Origin: Aureliella sp.
Lineage (GTDB): Bacteria > Planctomycetota > Planctomycetia > Pirellulales > Pirellulaceae
Direction: 5' to 3'
DNA: 64,000 nt
Assembly (NCBI GenBank): GCA_963691875.1
Contig: OY829846.1
Span: forward strand, 2,464,001-2,528,000
Position numbers and translations under genes: made by a program. This document shows positions 51,105 through 62,042 of this stretch, piece by piece (positions within the stretch are counted from its first letter, which is position 1; each line of letters starts with the position of its first letter). The notes beneath the pieces are model-generated. The model worked only from the letters and a program-made list of their open reading frames with translations. It was not told the origin of the DNA and searched no databases.

Positions 51105-53165
51105 CTACCTCGGGCCTGGTGGTAAGTTCTCAATCAGATACCGAAGGATCTTCATGCGGACATGCACGACCGTTCCATTTCCTTCGCGAAGGCCGTGGTC
51201 GCGATTCGGATAAACCATGTAATCAAATGGCTTCTCTAGTTCGATCAGACGGTCAATAAGCCCTTCGATAATTTGAATGTGAGTATTCGTTTCGCCGGAG
51301 CCGGTCATGATTAACAACTTGCCCTTGAGTCCCTCCGCAAAATTGATGGGTGCCGATTTCTCATACCCCGCTGCGTTGACTTCACGTGTCCGCATGTAAA
51401 TCTCTTGGAACCAGGCGTTGTATAGCCATGGTTGCGGTTTCGGCACCACAGCGATTCCAACGTCATACAGCTCTGGCTGTCGAAACATTGCGTTCAATGT
51501 ATTCGAGCCACCGCCACTCCAGCCCCAAATCGCAACGCGATCAAGATCAATATAGGACTTCATCGCCGCGAGTTTCTTCAATCCCTCGGCTTGCTCCTTA
51601 GTAGAGAGTGGACCGAGGCTACCAAAGATGCTTCGCCGCCAAGCGGCACCTTTCGGACAAGCTGTTCCACGGTTGTCGATAGACACGACAACGTAACCTG
51701 CATCCGCCACAACGCGGTGGAAGTCCGTTTGGCCGGCGCCCCAACGATCAAGCACGGTTTGCGAGTAGGGCTCGCCGTAGACGTAAACGAGTACCGGATA
51801 CTTCTTCTTTCTGTCGAAGTCGCTTGGTTGGGTGATACAGGCATCCATGACGATCCCATCCCCAATGTCGATCTGAGCGAATTCTGTGGCACGGGGCACC
51901 AACTCGCGAAAGCGTTCTCGCAGACGCTGGTTGTCGTTAATGAGTCGCACTTGCTCGTGCTTTGGCAATCTGACGAGGTCAACAACAGGCGGATCGTTGA
52001 GCGTGGAATAAGTGTGAATCGCCCATTTCGCGTCGGGAGACAGAACATATTCATGCGTCCCGACTTGATCGGCCGGCGTAAGCTGCTGGAGCTCACCTGA
52101 GCCATCTAACGGAACACGGCAAAGGTACTTTTGAGTTGCGTTGCTAGGCGACGCATAAAAGTAGTACCAGCCACCTGACTCGTCGACGAAAACTCGATCG
52201 ATGATATCGTATTCACCAGGCGTCAGCTTGGTTTCCGTTTTGCCGTCTCGAGAGTAGATATATGCCTGTCGCCAACCTTCCTTTTCACTGATGAAGATGA
52301 ACGCATCGCCGCCTTGAATCCAGTGCGCCCCGGAGTTGATCCCATGACTGCCAACGGCCCAGGCCTCGTTCGTCTCAGAGTAAATTTGCTTCAATGTACC
52401 GTCCGCTTTTGCGAGCCAGAATTCACGCGTATCGCGAAAGCGACTGAGAGTTTCGATTAAGAGCTCCTCTGAATCGGGCACCCAGTCAACTTGCCCCAGG
52501 TAGAACCCCTCCTTGGGCTGCGGCAGCTCAACCCAATGCACTTCACTGTGGCCGAGAGTTTCGAGATCGACTTTGACGATTCCGACTCGCAACTCTTCTA
52601 TCTTCTCTCCTACCCTTGCGAATCTGCGCTGCCTTACACCAGGGTAGCTTGGATCAGATGGCACCGTCACGGATCGCAGGCGCACGTTTGTTCGGTCGGA
52701 CTCAATGAAAGCAACAAAGTTACTATCCGAGTTCCAGCGAAAGCTATGAAAAGAAACATCCCGTTTGTCGCCATTCGTAATTAGCGGAGCCGATTCCTGG
52801 TTGCGTCCCGGCCGCTCGAGGTACAGAAATTTATTTCTTGCGACTAGCCTCAGCTCGCTATCGGGTGACAGCCGTTTGTCACTTGGGCCTTTTCCTTGGA
52901 CGACTTGCCGCTCTCCCGTGGCGACAGTGTACTGGGCAGTGACTTGCCGGCCTGAGCGACGCTCTCTTTCACGCACTTGATATGCGGAGGAATCTTCCAG
53001 CCAATTTGCATTGACGTTCGGTGCTCGAAATTCTCCACGCTCATAGACCCCTTTCAGTCTTTCGCTTGCCGCTTTTCTCCATTCCTGACACGACGCTTCT
53101 TGGGCGAGCAGTTGAGTTGATAAGACGAGGGCGGTGAACGCAATTTTGGCAAAGTGGTGAGGCAT
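51105..53165 (-). CDS. S9B dipeptidyl-peptidase IV family protein
   Basis: KKYPVLVYVYGEP; GWSGGG; YPNRDH; signal peptide. Confidence 0.92.
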   Translation of the reverse strand: MPHHFAKIAFTALVLSTQLLAQEASCQEWRKAASERLKGVYERGEFRAPNVNANWLEDSSAYQVRERERRSGRQVTAQYTVATGERQVVQGKGPSDKRLSPDSELRLVARNKFLYLERPGRNQESAPLITNGDKRDVSFHSFRWNSDSNFVAFIESDRTNVRLRSVTVPSDPSYPGVRQRRFARVGEKIEELRVGIVKVDLETLGHSEVHWVELPQPKEGFYLGQVDWVPDSEELLIETLSRFRDTREFWLAKADGTLKQIYSETNEAWAVGSHGINSGAHWIQGGDAFIFISEKEGWRQAYIYSRDGKTETKLTPGEYDIIDRVFVDESGGWYYFYASPSNATQKYLCRVPLDGSGELQQLTPADQVGTHEYVLSPDAKWAIHTYSTLNDPPVVDLVRLPKHEQVRLINDNQRLRERFRELVPRATEFAQIDIGDGIVMDACITQPSDFDRKKKYPVLVYVYGEPYSQTVLDRWGAGQTDFHRVVADAGYVVVSIDNRGTACPKGAAWRRSIFGSLGPLSTKEQAEGLKKLAAMKSYIDLDRVAIWGWSGGGSNTLNAMFRQPELYDVGIAVVPKPQPWLYNAWFQEIYMRTREVNAAGYEKSAPINFAEGLKGKLLIMTGSGETNTHIQIIEGLIDRLIELEKPFDYMVYPNRDHGLREGNGTVVHVRMKILRYLIENLPPGPR

Positions 53166-53267
53166 GCTTTTTGATTCTCGTTGGAGTAGCGAAGTTCGCT
53201 CTGGAAATTCGATCGCGGCGAGTTTCGAAACTCTCGTCATTAGGCCGACAGGCACGCTAAAATTTGA

Positions 53268-53299
53268 TGCACACCCGTTGCAAGTGTATAGTCACTGCA
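53268..53299. promoter_or_regulatory. Tandem TGCA-N7-TGCA boxes (candidate Zur/Fur-family operator)
   Basis: TGCACACCCGTTGCA (53268) and TGTATAGTCACTGCA (53285), starts 17 nt apart. Confidence 0.6.
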
Positions 53300-53393
53300 T
53301 TAACGGCCAGAATATCAGCAGCGAATAGCGAGCCACTTGTCGGTTTTCGTTGTTTCTCCCAGGCAGGAATTGTAACCGAGCAAGAAGAACCGG

Positions 53394-54575
53394 ATGGAGC
53401 AGTTTTCTCTTTTCTTTAACTCACTGTTTATGGCATTAGCGATGTCGGCACCGTACTTGGTGCTAGGCTATGTCGCTGCTGCACTCATCAAAGAATACGT
53501 ATCTCGCGAGTCACTCGCCCGCCACTTGGGCGACAAGGGCATTCGCCCCATTCTGAATGCAGTCGGAATTGGAGCTTTGCTGCCGATCTGCTCGTGTGGA
53601 GTCATTCCCTTGGGAGTAGGTGTCCATCGCGCGGGCGCGGCACGCGGAACCGCTCTTGCGTTCATGACCAGTTCTCCCGCCATTTCGCCAGTATCGGTCA
53701 TCATGGTTGCGATGATGCTTGGGCCCATGTACTTGGCGACCTACGTAATCGCTGCTCTTTGCGGTTCGTTCCTGATTGGCTGGATCGGTAATCGCATCCT
53801 GCGTGACCAGACTCGACCCGTCAAAAACTTTGATACGATCGTTGAACGCGTCCAAGAGGAAGACGAACATCATGTTGTAGGCATTAAAAAACGCACTCGA
53901 TTCGGCAGAGCGATGCACTGGGCATTTTGGGACCTCGGTGCAGAAATCAGTGTTGACCTGACCATTGGTCTGTCCCTCGCCGCTCTGGTGCTTGCTTTTT
54001 TACCTATCGAATTGACAGAGGCCTATTTGGGCACACGCGAGATCTGGCCACTGCTACTTGTGATCCTGATTAGCATCCCTGTTTACACTTGTTCCGTACC
54101 GACAATACCCATCGTGTGGGCGTTATTCATGCGAGGTGCCATGCCTGGAGCAATGCTCGCCTATATGATCGCTGGCCCAGCAACCAACCTAGGCGAACTC
54201 AACGCGATCCGACGCAACATGGGGCTCCGAACCGCCACGTTCTACGCTACTGGGCTTATTATCGTAGCACTGCTGGGTGGCCTGATTGCAAACCATTTCG
54301 TCTTTGCAACTTACGAGTACAAGGCACAGATGATTGCGGAAAATGAGCTGAAAGTGCAGGATTGCTGCGTTCCAATGATCTTTGGAGATCGTGTGGAGCG
54401 TAATAACTTGGGACGAATCGTAGCTAGTGTTCCAGGCTGGCACTACCCATTCATTGCAGCGTTATTGGTAACGATCAGCGTCGGGCTTTATCAACGCTCT
54501 ACTCTGCGACTGAGCAGCGAAAAGAAACGCGGCCAAGAAGAATCAAACTCATATTCTGAAGAGTCTAAGATATGA
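53394..54575 (+). CDS. DUF318 (ArsP/SO_0444-like) permease, probable metal transporter
   Basis: LLPICSCGVIP; AFMTSSP; PVYTCS; AGPATN; many TM helices. Confidence 0.88.
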   Translation: MEQFSLFFNSLFMALAMSAPYLVLGYVAAALIKEYVSRESLARHLGDKGIRPILNAVGIGALLPICSCGVIPLGVGVHRAGAARGTALAFMTSSPAISPVSVIMVAMMLGPMYLATYVIAALCGSFLIGWIGNRILRDQTRPVKNFDTIVERVQEEDEHHVVGIKKRTRFGRAMHWAFWDLGAEISVDLTIGLSLAALVLAFLPIELTEAYLGTREIWPLLLVILISIPVYTCSVPTIPIVWALFMRGAMPGAMLAYMIAGPATNLGELNAIRRNMGLRTATFYATGLIIVALLGGLIANHFVFATYEYKAQMIAENELKVQDCCVPMIFGDRVERNNLGRIVASVPGWHYPFIAALLVTISVGLYQRSTLRLSSEKKRGQEESNSYSEESKI

Positions 54576-55240
54576 AAAGCCAAACTGTCGCTCTGGGAAT
54601 TATGGTGGCTGGCGTTGTCGTAACCTGGAATGCTTGGCTCTTTGTCAAATGGACTCGCGGGAAAGGCGTAGAGAACGGCTGGCAAGGACTAACTAGTAGC
54701 GTTGGCAACGCAGTTCCGGAGCACAAGCTCTGGCGCGACATCAAGAAGACTACGGTCGAAGAAACTGCCAATGGTGGCTTCGAACCGCAGTTTGACGACG
54801 CAGTCAAAGCAGTGGAGGGCACCCGCGTCGAATTGCCTGGCGTTGGCTTTTTGCTCAAATCTGGAATACGTCCAAACGAGAACGGCGAGGGAGAGGTGAC
54901 TGAGTTTCTGTTGCTGCCGGGTGATGGCGGCGTGGCTTGGTGTTGCGGCTTATCGGCCACTCCATTTGCCGAGATCAGTGTGCTGGTTCAGTGCCCGAAC
55001 GATACATTCTTAGAATCCGAGGCGGATGCGAAGAGTCTCACCGTTTTCGTGAATGCGAAGGGAACTCTAAGGTTGATGAAAGAAACCAAGTACAACGCCT
55101 TCTACACGCTGGAAAACTCCGAAATCGAGTTTATCAACGTGAAGGAAATCATGCCAGCGGATGTGATGAATGCCTGTCTCAACCAACCTATGAGCTTCGG
55201 ACCAGCCGTAGCCCCACCGGGAGAAACCCAACAGAAGTAG
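54572..55240 (+). CDS. Membrane-anchored protein with CC motif (DUF3299/DUF1980-like)
   Basis: N-terminal TM; 4-bp overlap with the permease; EGTRVELPG..EFLLLP..WCCG. Confidence 0.65.
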   Translation: MKSQTVALGIMVAGVVVTWNAWLFVKWTRGKGVENGWQGLTSSVGNAVPEHKLWRDIKKTTVEETANGGFEPQFDDAVKAVEGTRVELPGVGFLLKSGIRPNENGEGEVTEFLLLPGDGGVAWCCGLSATPFAEISVLVQCPNDTFLESEADAKSLTVFVNAKGTLRLMKETKYNAFYTLENSEIEFINVKEIMPADVMNACLNQPMSFGPAVAPPGETQQK

Positions 55241-55244
55241 CTGA

Positions 55245-56311
55245 TCGCGTACCAACGGCATTGCAGTCCTGTATGCTGTCGGAGCACTCAAGGACTAACG
55301 ATGAGTAGACACAGGCTGGAGTCTAAACGTGACGACCTTCCCATCTTGTTGGTCAACGGCGAGTCTGCCACCCTTGCTCCATCGCACGCGACTCGCGGGC
55401 AAGCCCAGCAGGACACCGCCAATGACATTAGTATGTCGAATGGGTTCCCAAATCAGAAGGAATCCATCCGCATCGGCGGATGCTAATAGCTCTCCTTCCG
55501 CCTCAAATATCAGCTGCGTTATATTGTTCTAATGAGCCTTGTACTGCCGAGGCTTTCTTCCGGCTGGTCCATCGCAGCTACAGTCACACAGGAGGAAAGT
55601 AGGGCCGCTAACGGTTGCAAGCCAACGTCCGCTGACGTCCCTACTTAACTCATATACCTTGGTGGTGAAGCCACGCATTTGGGCGGATTTCCCAAAGGCT
55701 AAGAACCAAAAATGCACCGAAGCATCTTGCTCTCCCGTTGCTATGTACTCGGAGTCAGGGCTCCACGCGAGCGCTAAGCTTGAGCCCTCCCAGCGGTATT
55801 GACGGGGCTGGGCTGTTGCCTCAGCAAGGTGCTCTGTTAGCCCGTGGTTTGCGACCGCATCGATGCCTGGTTCCAGCCTAAGTCAGAAATCGTGCTGTCG
55901 TGATCTGAAGATTCATAGATCGTCTCTCGCCTATCGCTCCGAAGCTTGAGATGCGGCCCCGCAGCTGTGGCAAGCACTTGCTTCCTTGGGCTATAAGCTA
56001 CCTTGGACACCCAGGACGAACCCGCGTCGAGCGAACGGAGCAGCTTGCCTGAATCGCGGTCCCAGATCTTCACCACGCCTTCGCGCCCCGCCGTCGCCAC
56101 CTCGGCTCCGTCGCAACGCCATGATAATCAGTTCGTGCGCCTGAATGCTGGCCAATCCGTGAGCAGTTGATCTTGTTCCCGGGGTCCTTGAGCAGGAACA
56201 CCGCGCCTTCGACCGTTGCTACCGTCAGCTAGGAACGATCTCGTGACGATGCATTATATATTCGTCCAGCCCAACGTTCCATGACTCGACGAGGAGCTGG
56301 CTCTGCAGCAT
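55245..56311 (-). pseudogene. WD40-repeat gene remnant
   Basis: Fragments ATAGREGVVKIWD, VAYSP..LATAAG, LAWSPDSEYIATGEQDASVHFW, DGPAGRKP..AH*; multiple stops and frameshifts; ends approximate. Confidence 0.75.
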
Positions 56312-56319
56312 CGAAGCGT

Positions 56320-57290
56320 CTATATCAAACATGCTTTGAACCCAGAAGTCAGCGTTTTTCGATCGAGATCACGTCCGATAAAGATCATCGAGTTAATTCG
56401 CTCGGATTCGCGCCAAGGGCGGTCCAATCGACTGTCAAACATCATGTGGACTCCTTGGAAGACGTAACGTTTTTGCTCGCCGCTCAGCGACAAGATGCCT
56501 TTCATGCGAAAGATATTGTGCCCCTGTTCGGCCAGCAACTCATCCAGCCAGTCATGAAGCTTTTCTGAATGCACATCACCAGCAGTCCCAATGCCAACAG
56601 AAGAGATTCTCGGGTCATGCGGATGGTCAGTACGGTAGGATTGCGTAAAGTTGGGATCGTCTTCGAGTGCACGACCCAAGTCAAAACCGCCGACGCTCAG
56701 CACCTTGTCTATATCCAACTCTGCCTCTTGCGTACGAAATGTCTTCGCAGCTGCGTTAATCGCGCAAACTCGGCCTCCAGATGATCCAGTTCCGCCTCAG
56801 TGACCAGATTCATCTTGTTTAGCAGTACCACATTGGCAAATGCAACTTGCTCTTCGATATCGCCTCCGTCGTCAATGTGCAATAGTACATGCTTGGCATC
56901 TACTAGGGTGACCACGCCATCTAGGTGATAGTTCTCGCGGATCTCGTCATCCATGAAGAAAGTCTGGGCGACCGGACCGGGATCTGCCATCCCCGTGGTT
57001 TCGATGACAAGATGATCAAACTTGTCCCGGCGTTTCATCAAGTTGCCGAGAACCCTGAGCAAGTCTCCACGGATGTTGCAGCAGATGCAACCATTATTCA
57101 TTTCGAAGATTTCTTTTTCAGATGCAATTACCAGATCGATATCGACACCGATTTCACCAAACTCATTTTCGATAACGGCGATTCGCTTTCCATGGTTCGC
57201 TGTCAGAATACGATTGAGCAGTGTGGTTTTGCCTGACCACAGGAAACCAGTCAGTACGGTTGCTGGGACCGTAGAATTCTCCGCCGACAT
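56320..57290 (-). pseudogene. COG0523 (CobW/YjiA-like) GTPase pseudogene
   Basis: P-loop reads GFLWSGKT (Trp for Gly); NGCICC; ETTG; 1-nt frameshift near 56772 before the CobW_C part (RMKG..FQGVH..FIGR). Confidence 0.85.
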
Positions 57291-57400
57291 TCAAACATAT
57301 CTCCGCTAAGATGAATTCACCAAGTCGTACACGCATCAGAAATCAATTCGAGACCGTCGGTTCAGCACTGCGCGGCTAAGACCCGAAACAGCCCCACGAT

Positions 57401-57539
57401 TGCATTTCTATTGCAGATGCATATACTTTGCATATGACTTCGTTTGCAGGACAGGGCTGATCATCGGTTTAAACTAGCTGAATTTAGCGCAATCGTTATC
57501 GCGACGTTCTCTCGCTAATACCAATGCGACTGAGATGCA
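57401..57539. promoter_or_regulatory. TGCA-N7-TGCA boxes in the divergent COG0523/hisI promoter region
   Basis: TGCATTTCTATTGCA (57401), TGCATATACTTTGCA (57418, +17) and TGCGACTGAGATGCA (57525). Confidence 0.65.
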
Positions 57540-57645
57540 GAATTCTTCCAGCATGAAAACTTGATCAGCCTCTATTCCACAGTGCGGGCGATCATGCCAA
57601 AGGTATTCGGCAGATAAATTCGATCGCAATGAGTTTGGAGACAAG

Positions 57646-58116
57646 ATGCAACAACCCGAATTCGCTGAGCGAAGGTCGATCGAGCAAGTTGAGGAAGGCC
57701 TAGAGCTCGCGGCGAAGTTCGATGAGCATGGACTGATCCCTGTGATCACAACTGACTTCGAGTCGGGGGAGGTGCTCATGCACGGCTATATGAACACAGA
57801 GGCTCTCCGAAAGACGATTGAGCTGGCTGAAGCCTTCTATTGGAGTCGGAGCAGGGAATGTCTCTGGCACAAGGGAGCCACCAGCGGACTTGTGCAAACG
57901 GTGCGCGAGATGCGTATCGATGACGACCAAGACTGCATTTGGTTGCGTGTGGACGTTCAAGGCGGCGCAAGCTGCCACGTTGGGTATCGCTCCTGTTTCT
58001 ACCGCGCGGTACGGATTGGCACTCGGGCAGGGCAGGCGCTAGAGTTCAAGGAAACTGAAAAGGTCTTTGATCCGCAGGCTGTTTACGGGGACGCCCCTAA
58101 TCCGACCAAACTCTGA
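57646..58116 (+). CDS. hisI: Phosphoribosyl-AMP cyclohydrolase
   Basis: [40 protein letters not shown]. Confidence 0.93.
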   Translation: MQQPEFAERRSIEQVEEGLELAAKFDEHGLIPVITTDFESGEVLMHGYMNTEALRKTIELAEAFYWSRSRECLWHKGATSGLVQTVREMRIDDDQDCIWLRVDVQGGASCHVGYRSCFYRAVRIGTRAGQALEFKETEKVFDPQAVYGDAPNPTKL

Positions 58117-58496
58117 CCGATGGCTTCTTTTTGTAGCCCTTTTCCTTTCGTTAGTTGATTCTCTGAGTAGGCAGGCGAAAAATAGATGCATTCCATTGTC
58201 AGGACAAAACATACTCTTTAAGGGGCGCTACCTTGATTGCTTTTTCTGAAGAATCGCTGGAAACAGAAATTCGGTTGCAACCACTGGTCCTCACCTTCGG
58301 TACGCCAATGACGAATGCTGCATCGGTCAGCTTTTCCGTAAAAAACATAGAAAGCACTTCAGCCTCACAAGGAATTGACGCAGAGACTTGCGCAAAAGCT
58401 GCCAAAGCGCAGCTAGAGCTGGTGATGCTGCAGCGTGCACTCGCTCATTGCGGACTCGTCCGAAACGAATAAAACAACCGGGAGTAGACAACAGAA

Positions 58497-60008
58497 ATGG
58501 ATATTCGATTCTACAACACTCTTACCAACGAAGTGGAGCGTTTTGATCCTGTTACACCGGGGCAGGTCAAGATTTACAGCTGCGGGCCAACCGTATACGA
58601 CTTCGCCCATGTTGGAAACTTCAGATCGTTTCTTTTTGCTGACTTGCTGCGAAGATTCCTTGAGGTAAGTGGTTACGATGTCTCGCATGTGATGAACATT
58701 ACTGATGTCGGCCATATGACTGACGACGCCGCAGCGGACGGTTTAGGCGAAGACAAGATGCAGGTTGCTGCAAGGCGACTCAAAGAAGACAAGAAGAGCG
58801 GTAAAGTCGAAGACGGCGCGGTAGAAAATCCAGACGATCCCTACCAAGTCGCCGATTACTTCATGCGTGCTTTTCTCGAAGACGGACGTGCTCTTGGGTT
58901 GAAAGTGGCTCGTGAATTCCCTGATCGCGTGCCCAAGGCAACGGAGTACATCGACGAAATGCAGAAAATGATTTCCACACTCATCGAGCGCGAACATGCG
59001 TACGTTGGGGACGATGGAGTCGTTTACTACAGCGTTGAGTCCTTTCCGAAGTACGGCCAACTCAGCGGAAATACGCTCGATGCGTTACGCGTCGGTGCTG
59101 GCGGACGCATCGACGAGAGCGATCAGAGTTGCAAGCGTCATCCAGCCGACTTCATGCTCTGGAAGCCCGATCGGAAACACATCATGAAGTGGGACTCTCC
59201 TTGGGGAGCAGGTTACCCAGGATGGCACATCGAATGCTCGACGATGTCGATGCAGGTCCTGAAAACGGAGGTCCTGGACATCCATACTGGGGGCGAGGAT
59301 CTCATCTTTCCTCATCACGAGTGTGAAATCGCTCAGTCTTGTGGGGCTACGGGCAACGATCTGTTCGCAAGATTTTGGATGCATGCGCGTTTCTTGCTGG
59401 TAGAAGGCGAGAAGATGTCCAAACGCAGCGGAAATTTCTTCACTGTTCGAGACATTCTGTCGGGCAAGGCCTCGGGAGCCCCGGTTCACCCAGCCGTATT
59501 GCGACTCGAGCTTATCAAGTCGCACTATCGCGCACATAGCAACTTTACCACAAAGGGGCTCACGGACTCGGCCAACACGGTCCGGCGCATCACCGAGCTT
59601 GGACAACGACTGCGGGATGAGTGTGGTGACGAGCCCGCGGAGATTGACCGCACTGACCACCCGATCGTGAGGGAATTCTTAGAAGCACTCGCAAATGACT
59701 TAAATGTGAGCGAAGCGATGAAGGCTGTTCATGCATTCCTTTCGTCCCCGGGAGAGGATGCTGCCGAAGCCTACGGAGTCCTGCTTGCATTGGACCATGT
59801 GCTTGGAGTCTGGGAGCTGACGTCTGTCGATAGTGCAACCGATGATCGCGAGAGCGATATCGCAGCCAACTTATGCGTGATGATCGATGAAGCCAGGAAG
59901 ACGCGTGACTTCTCAGCTGCCGACAGTCATCGCCAGCGCTTGATCGAGCTGGGATATGAAGTCCGATCCTCCGCCGAAGGAACTTCTGCCACGAAGAAAT
60001 TCGCATAG
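58497..60008 (+). CDS. cysS: Cysteine--tRNA ligase
   Basis: [46 protein letters not shown]. Confidence 0.96.
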   Translation: MDIRFYNTLTNEVERFDPVTPGQVKIYSCGPTVYDFAHVGNFRSFLFADLLRRFLEVSGYDVSHVMNITDVGHMTDDAAADGLGEDKMQVAARRLKEDKKSGKVEDGAVENPDDPYQVADYFMRAFLEDGRALGLKVAREFPDRVPKATEYIDEMQKMISTLIEREHAYVGDDGVVYYSVESFPKYGQLSGNTLDALRVGAGGRIDESDQSCKRHPADFMLWKPDRKHIMKWDSPWGAGYPGWHIECSTMSMQVLKTEVLDIHTGGEDLIFPHHECEIAQSCGATGNDLFARFWMHARFLLVEGEKMSKRSGNFFTVRDILSGKASGAPVHPAVLRLELIKSHYRAHSNFTTKGLTDSANTVRRITELGQRLRDECGDEPAEIDRTDHPIVREFLEALANDLNVSEAMKAVHAFLSSPGEDAAEAYGVLLALDHVLGVWELTSVDSATDDRESDIAANLCVMIDEARKTRDFSAADSHRQRLIELGYEVRSSAEGTSATKKFA

Positions 60009-60075
60009 GTTACCCGCTGGTCAACCGTGCATTACCGCACATTTTGCAAACCGCCTAGAAAGGAATTCAGACAAC

Positions 60076-60642
60076 ATGCAGTCTTTCGTAGCACAACCTT
60101 ATCCTGGAACATCTCAGTCTACCTGGGATTCGAAAGCAGTCGCCGAATTTGCCGAGGGGTCGGCGGATATCCTGGTGCTCAGACGCAATGCCCCAGGTGA
60201 TTTTGCGGAGGAAGTTCAAACAGCTCGTATTCACGAATATTTGGCACCCATCACTCGCGAGAAAGCTGGCTTTGAGATCCGTGCTGGTCTTGGCGAGTTG
60301 CGTTTAAAATCTGCTGCTTTGGAGGAGGATCTAACCAAGCTAGTGAACGCTTTCCTCGATCAATTTGAATTGGAAAAGGCCAGGCTTCGGATCGAAATCA
60401 CTCAGACTCAGTCTTGCCCCAAGTTCCACAGCGACCACGTCAATATTCGTCTCGTCACTACCTACCTCGGTCCAACCACCGAATACCAGTTCTCGGGTGA
60501 AAGTAGTGCTTATGTCGCTCCAACCGGTGGTTTGGTGTTCTTGAAAGGAAAAAACCACCCGACGCACGGCGATTCGGTGCACCACCGCTCGCCTGAGGTT
60601 CCCAAAGGGCAAAAGCGATTGTGCGTCGCGATCGACTACTGA
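60076..60642 (+). CDS. DUF1826 domain protein
   Basis: CPKFHSDHVNIRLVTTYLGPTTE..LKG..HRSP. Confidence 0.85.
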   Translation: MQSFVAQPYPGTSQSTWDSKAVAEFAEGSADILVLRRNAPGDFAEEVQTARIHEYLAPITREKAGFEIRAGLGELRLKSAALEEDLTKLVNAFLDQFELEKARLRIEITQTQSCPKFHSDHVNIRLVTTYLGPTTEYQFSGESSAYVAPTGGLVFLKGKNHPTHGDSVHHRSPEVPKGQKRLCVAIDY

Positions 60643-60748
60643 AATCCTAGCTCAGTAGGTTTAGCAACCGATTGCGGGATCGATGTTTAGACCAGAAAAT
60701 AGCACGCGGTTCGAAACGTCTGGTCTTTGTCATTTTTTGAGTTGAACG

Positions 60749-62029
60749 ATGGAATCCAAATTGCCGGCGACCGTTTTGTCGGGCTATCTAGGTGCTGGCA
60801 AGACGACACTGCTCAACCACGTATTGTCGAATCAGCAAGGCATGCGAGTTGCCGTGATCGTCAACGACATGAGTGAGTTGAACATTGATTCTGCACTTGT
60901 TCGCTCCCATCCTCAATCGCCCAAGCAGGAAGAAGAATCGCTCGTGGAGCTATCCAATGGCTGCATTTGCTGCACCCTGCGAGACGACTTACTCGAGGAA
61001 GTGACGAAGCTCGCTCTGGACGGACGTTTTGACTATTTGCTCATTGAAGCGACCGGGATTTCTGAACCTATGCCTGTTGCGGAAACGTTTGTTTTTCGGG
61101 ACGAGTACGGTTCGGGACTGAGCAATTTATCGCGGCTAGATGCCATGGTCACGGTCGTGGATGCAGGCGCATTCTTGAAAGACTTCGATTCCTTCGACTC
61201 GCTTGCCCAACGCGGTCAGGAGATGGACGAGACGGATGAACGCATGCTTTCGCAGTTGTTGGCGGAACAAGTCGAGTTTGCCAACGTAGTGGTCGTCAAC
61301 AAGACGGATCTCGTTGGCGAACAGCAGCTTGCAGAAGTTCAAAAACTGTTGAAACATCTGAACCCGGATGCTTTGCAGCTCACAACGGAATATGGCAAAG
61401 TCAACTTGCGTCATATCTTTGACACTCAGGTGTTCGATGAAGAAAAAGCTGCAGCGACGCCCGGCTGGCGTTCCGATTGGAGCACAAAAGTTTCCGAGTC
61501 GGACGAGTACGGATTCAGCAGCTTTGTCTACAACAGCCGCAAGCCGTTTCACCCTCAGCGACTTCAGCAGTTGATTTGGTGCGAGCAGCTAGCAGAGATT
61601 GCCCGCATCAAAGGATTTGTCTGGCTAGCCAGTCGACATGACATGGCGGGATTCTGGTCCCTAGCTGGACACATTCATTCGCTTGTTGCCTTTAGCCCAT
61701 GGTATGTCGTCCTTGATCATGATCACTGGCCTTGGGAGGATCGTCCTATGATTGACCGACTCAAGGGCTTATGGGAGGCACCCTACGGTGATCGACGACA
61801 AGAGATAGTCTTGATCGGCAGAAACATTGATGAGGCCAAGATCCGACATTTGCTCGATGAGGCTCTTGTAACGGAAGACGAATTTCAAGCCGGCCCGACT
61901 GCTTGGGAACACTTCAACGATCCCTTGCCAAGCTGGCAAAACGCAGACGCGGCAATTGAGTACGACGACGAGGCCGAACGCCTCGCACGCGAAGAGGAGC
62001 TGTCAGAGTGGCGAGAGTTTCGCGACTGA
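60749..62029 (+). CDS. COG0523 zinc metallochaperone GTPase (ZigA/YciC-like)
   Basis: [42 protein letters not shown]. Confidence 0.93.
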   Translation: MESKLPATVLSGYLGAGKTTLLNHVLSNQQGMRVAVIVNDMSELNIDSALVRSHPQSPKQEEESLVELSNGCICCTLRDDLLEEVTKLALDGRFDYLLIEATGISEPMPVAETFVFRDEYGSGLSNLSRLDAMVTVVDAGAFLKDFDSFDSLAQRGQEMDETDERMLSQLLAEQVEFANVVVVNKTDLVGEQQLAEVQKLLKHLNPDALQLTTEYGKVNLRHIFDTQVFDEEKAAATPGWRSDWSTKVSESDEYGFSSFVYNSRKPFHPQRLQQLIWCEQLAEIARIKGFVWLASRHDMAGFWSLAGHIHSLVAFSPWYVVLDHDHWPWEDRPMIDRLKGLWEAPYGDRRQEIVLIGRNIDEAKIRHLLDEALVTEDEFQAGPTAWEHFNDPLPSWQNADAAIEYDDEAERLAREEELSEWREFRD

Positions 62030-62042
62030 GCCAAGGCACCTC

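Noticed and set aside
58233..58472. 79-aa ORF between hisI and cysS
   Set aside because: No recognisable motif or good start; may be a remnant
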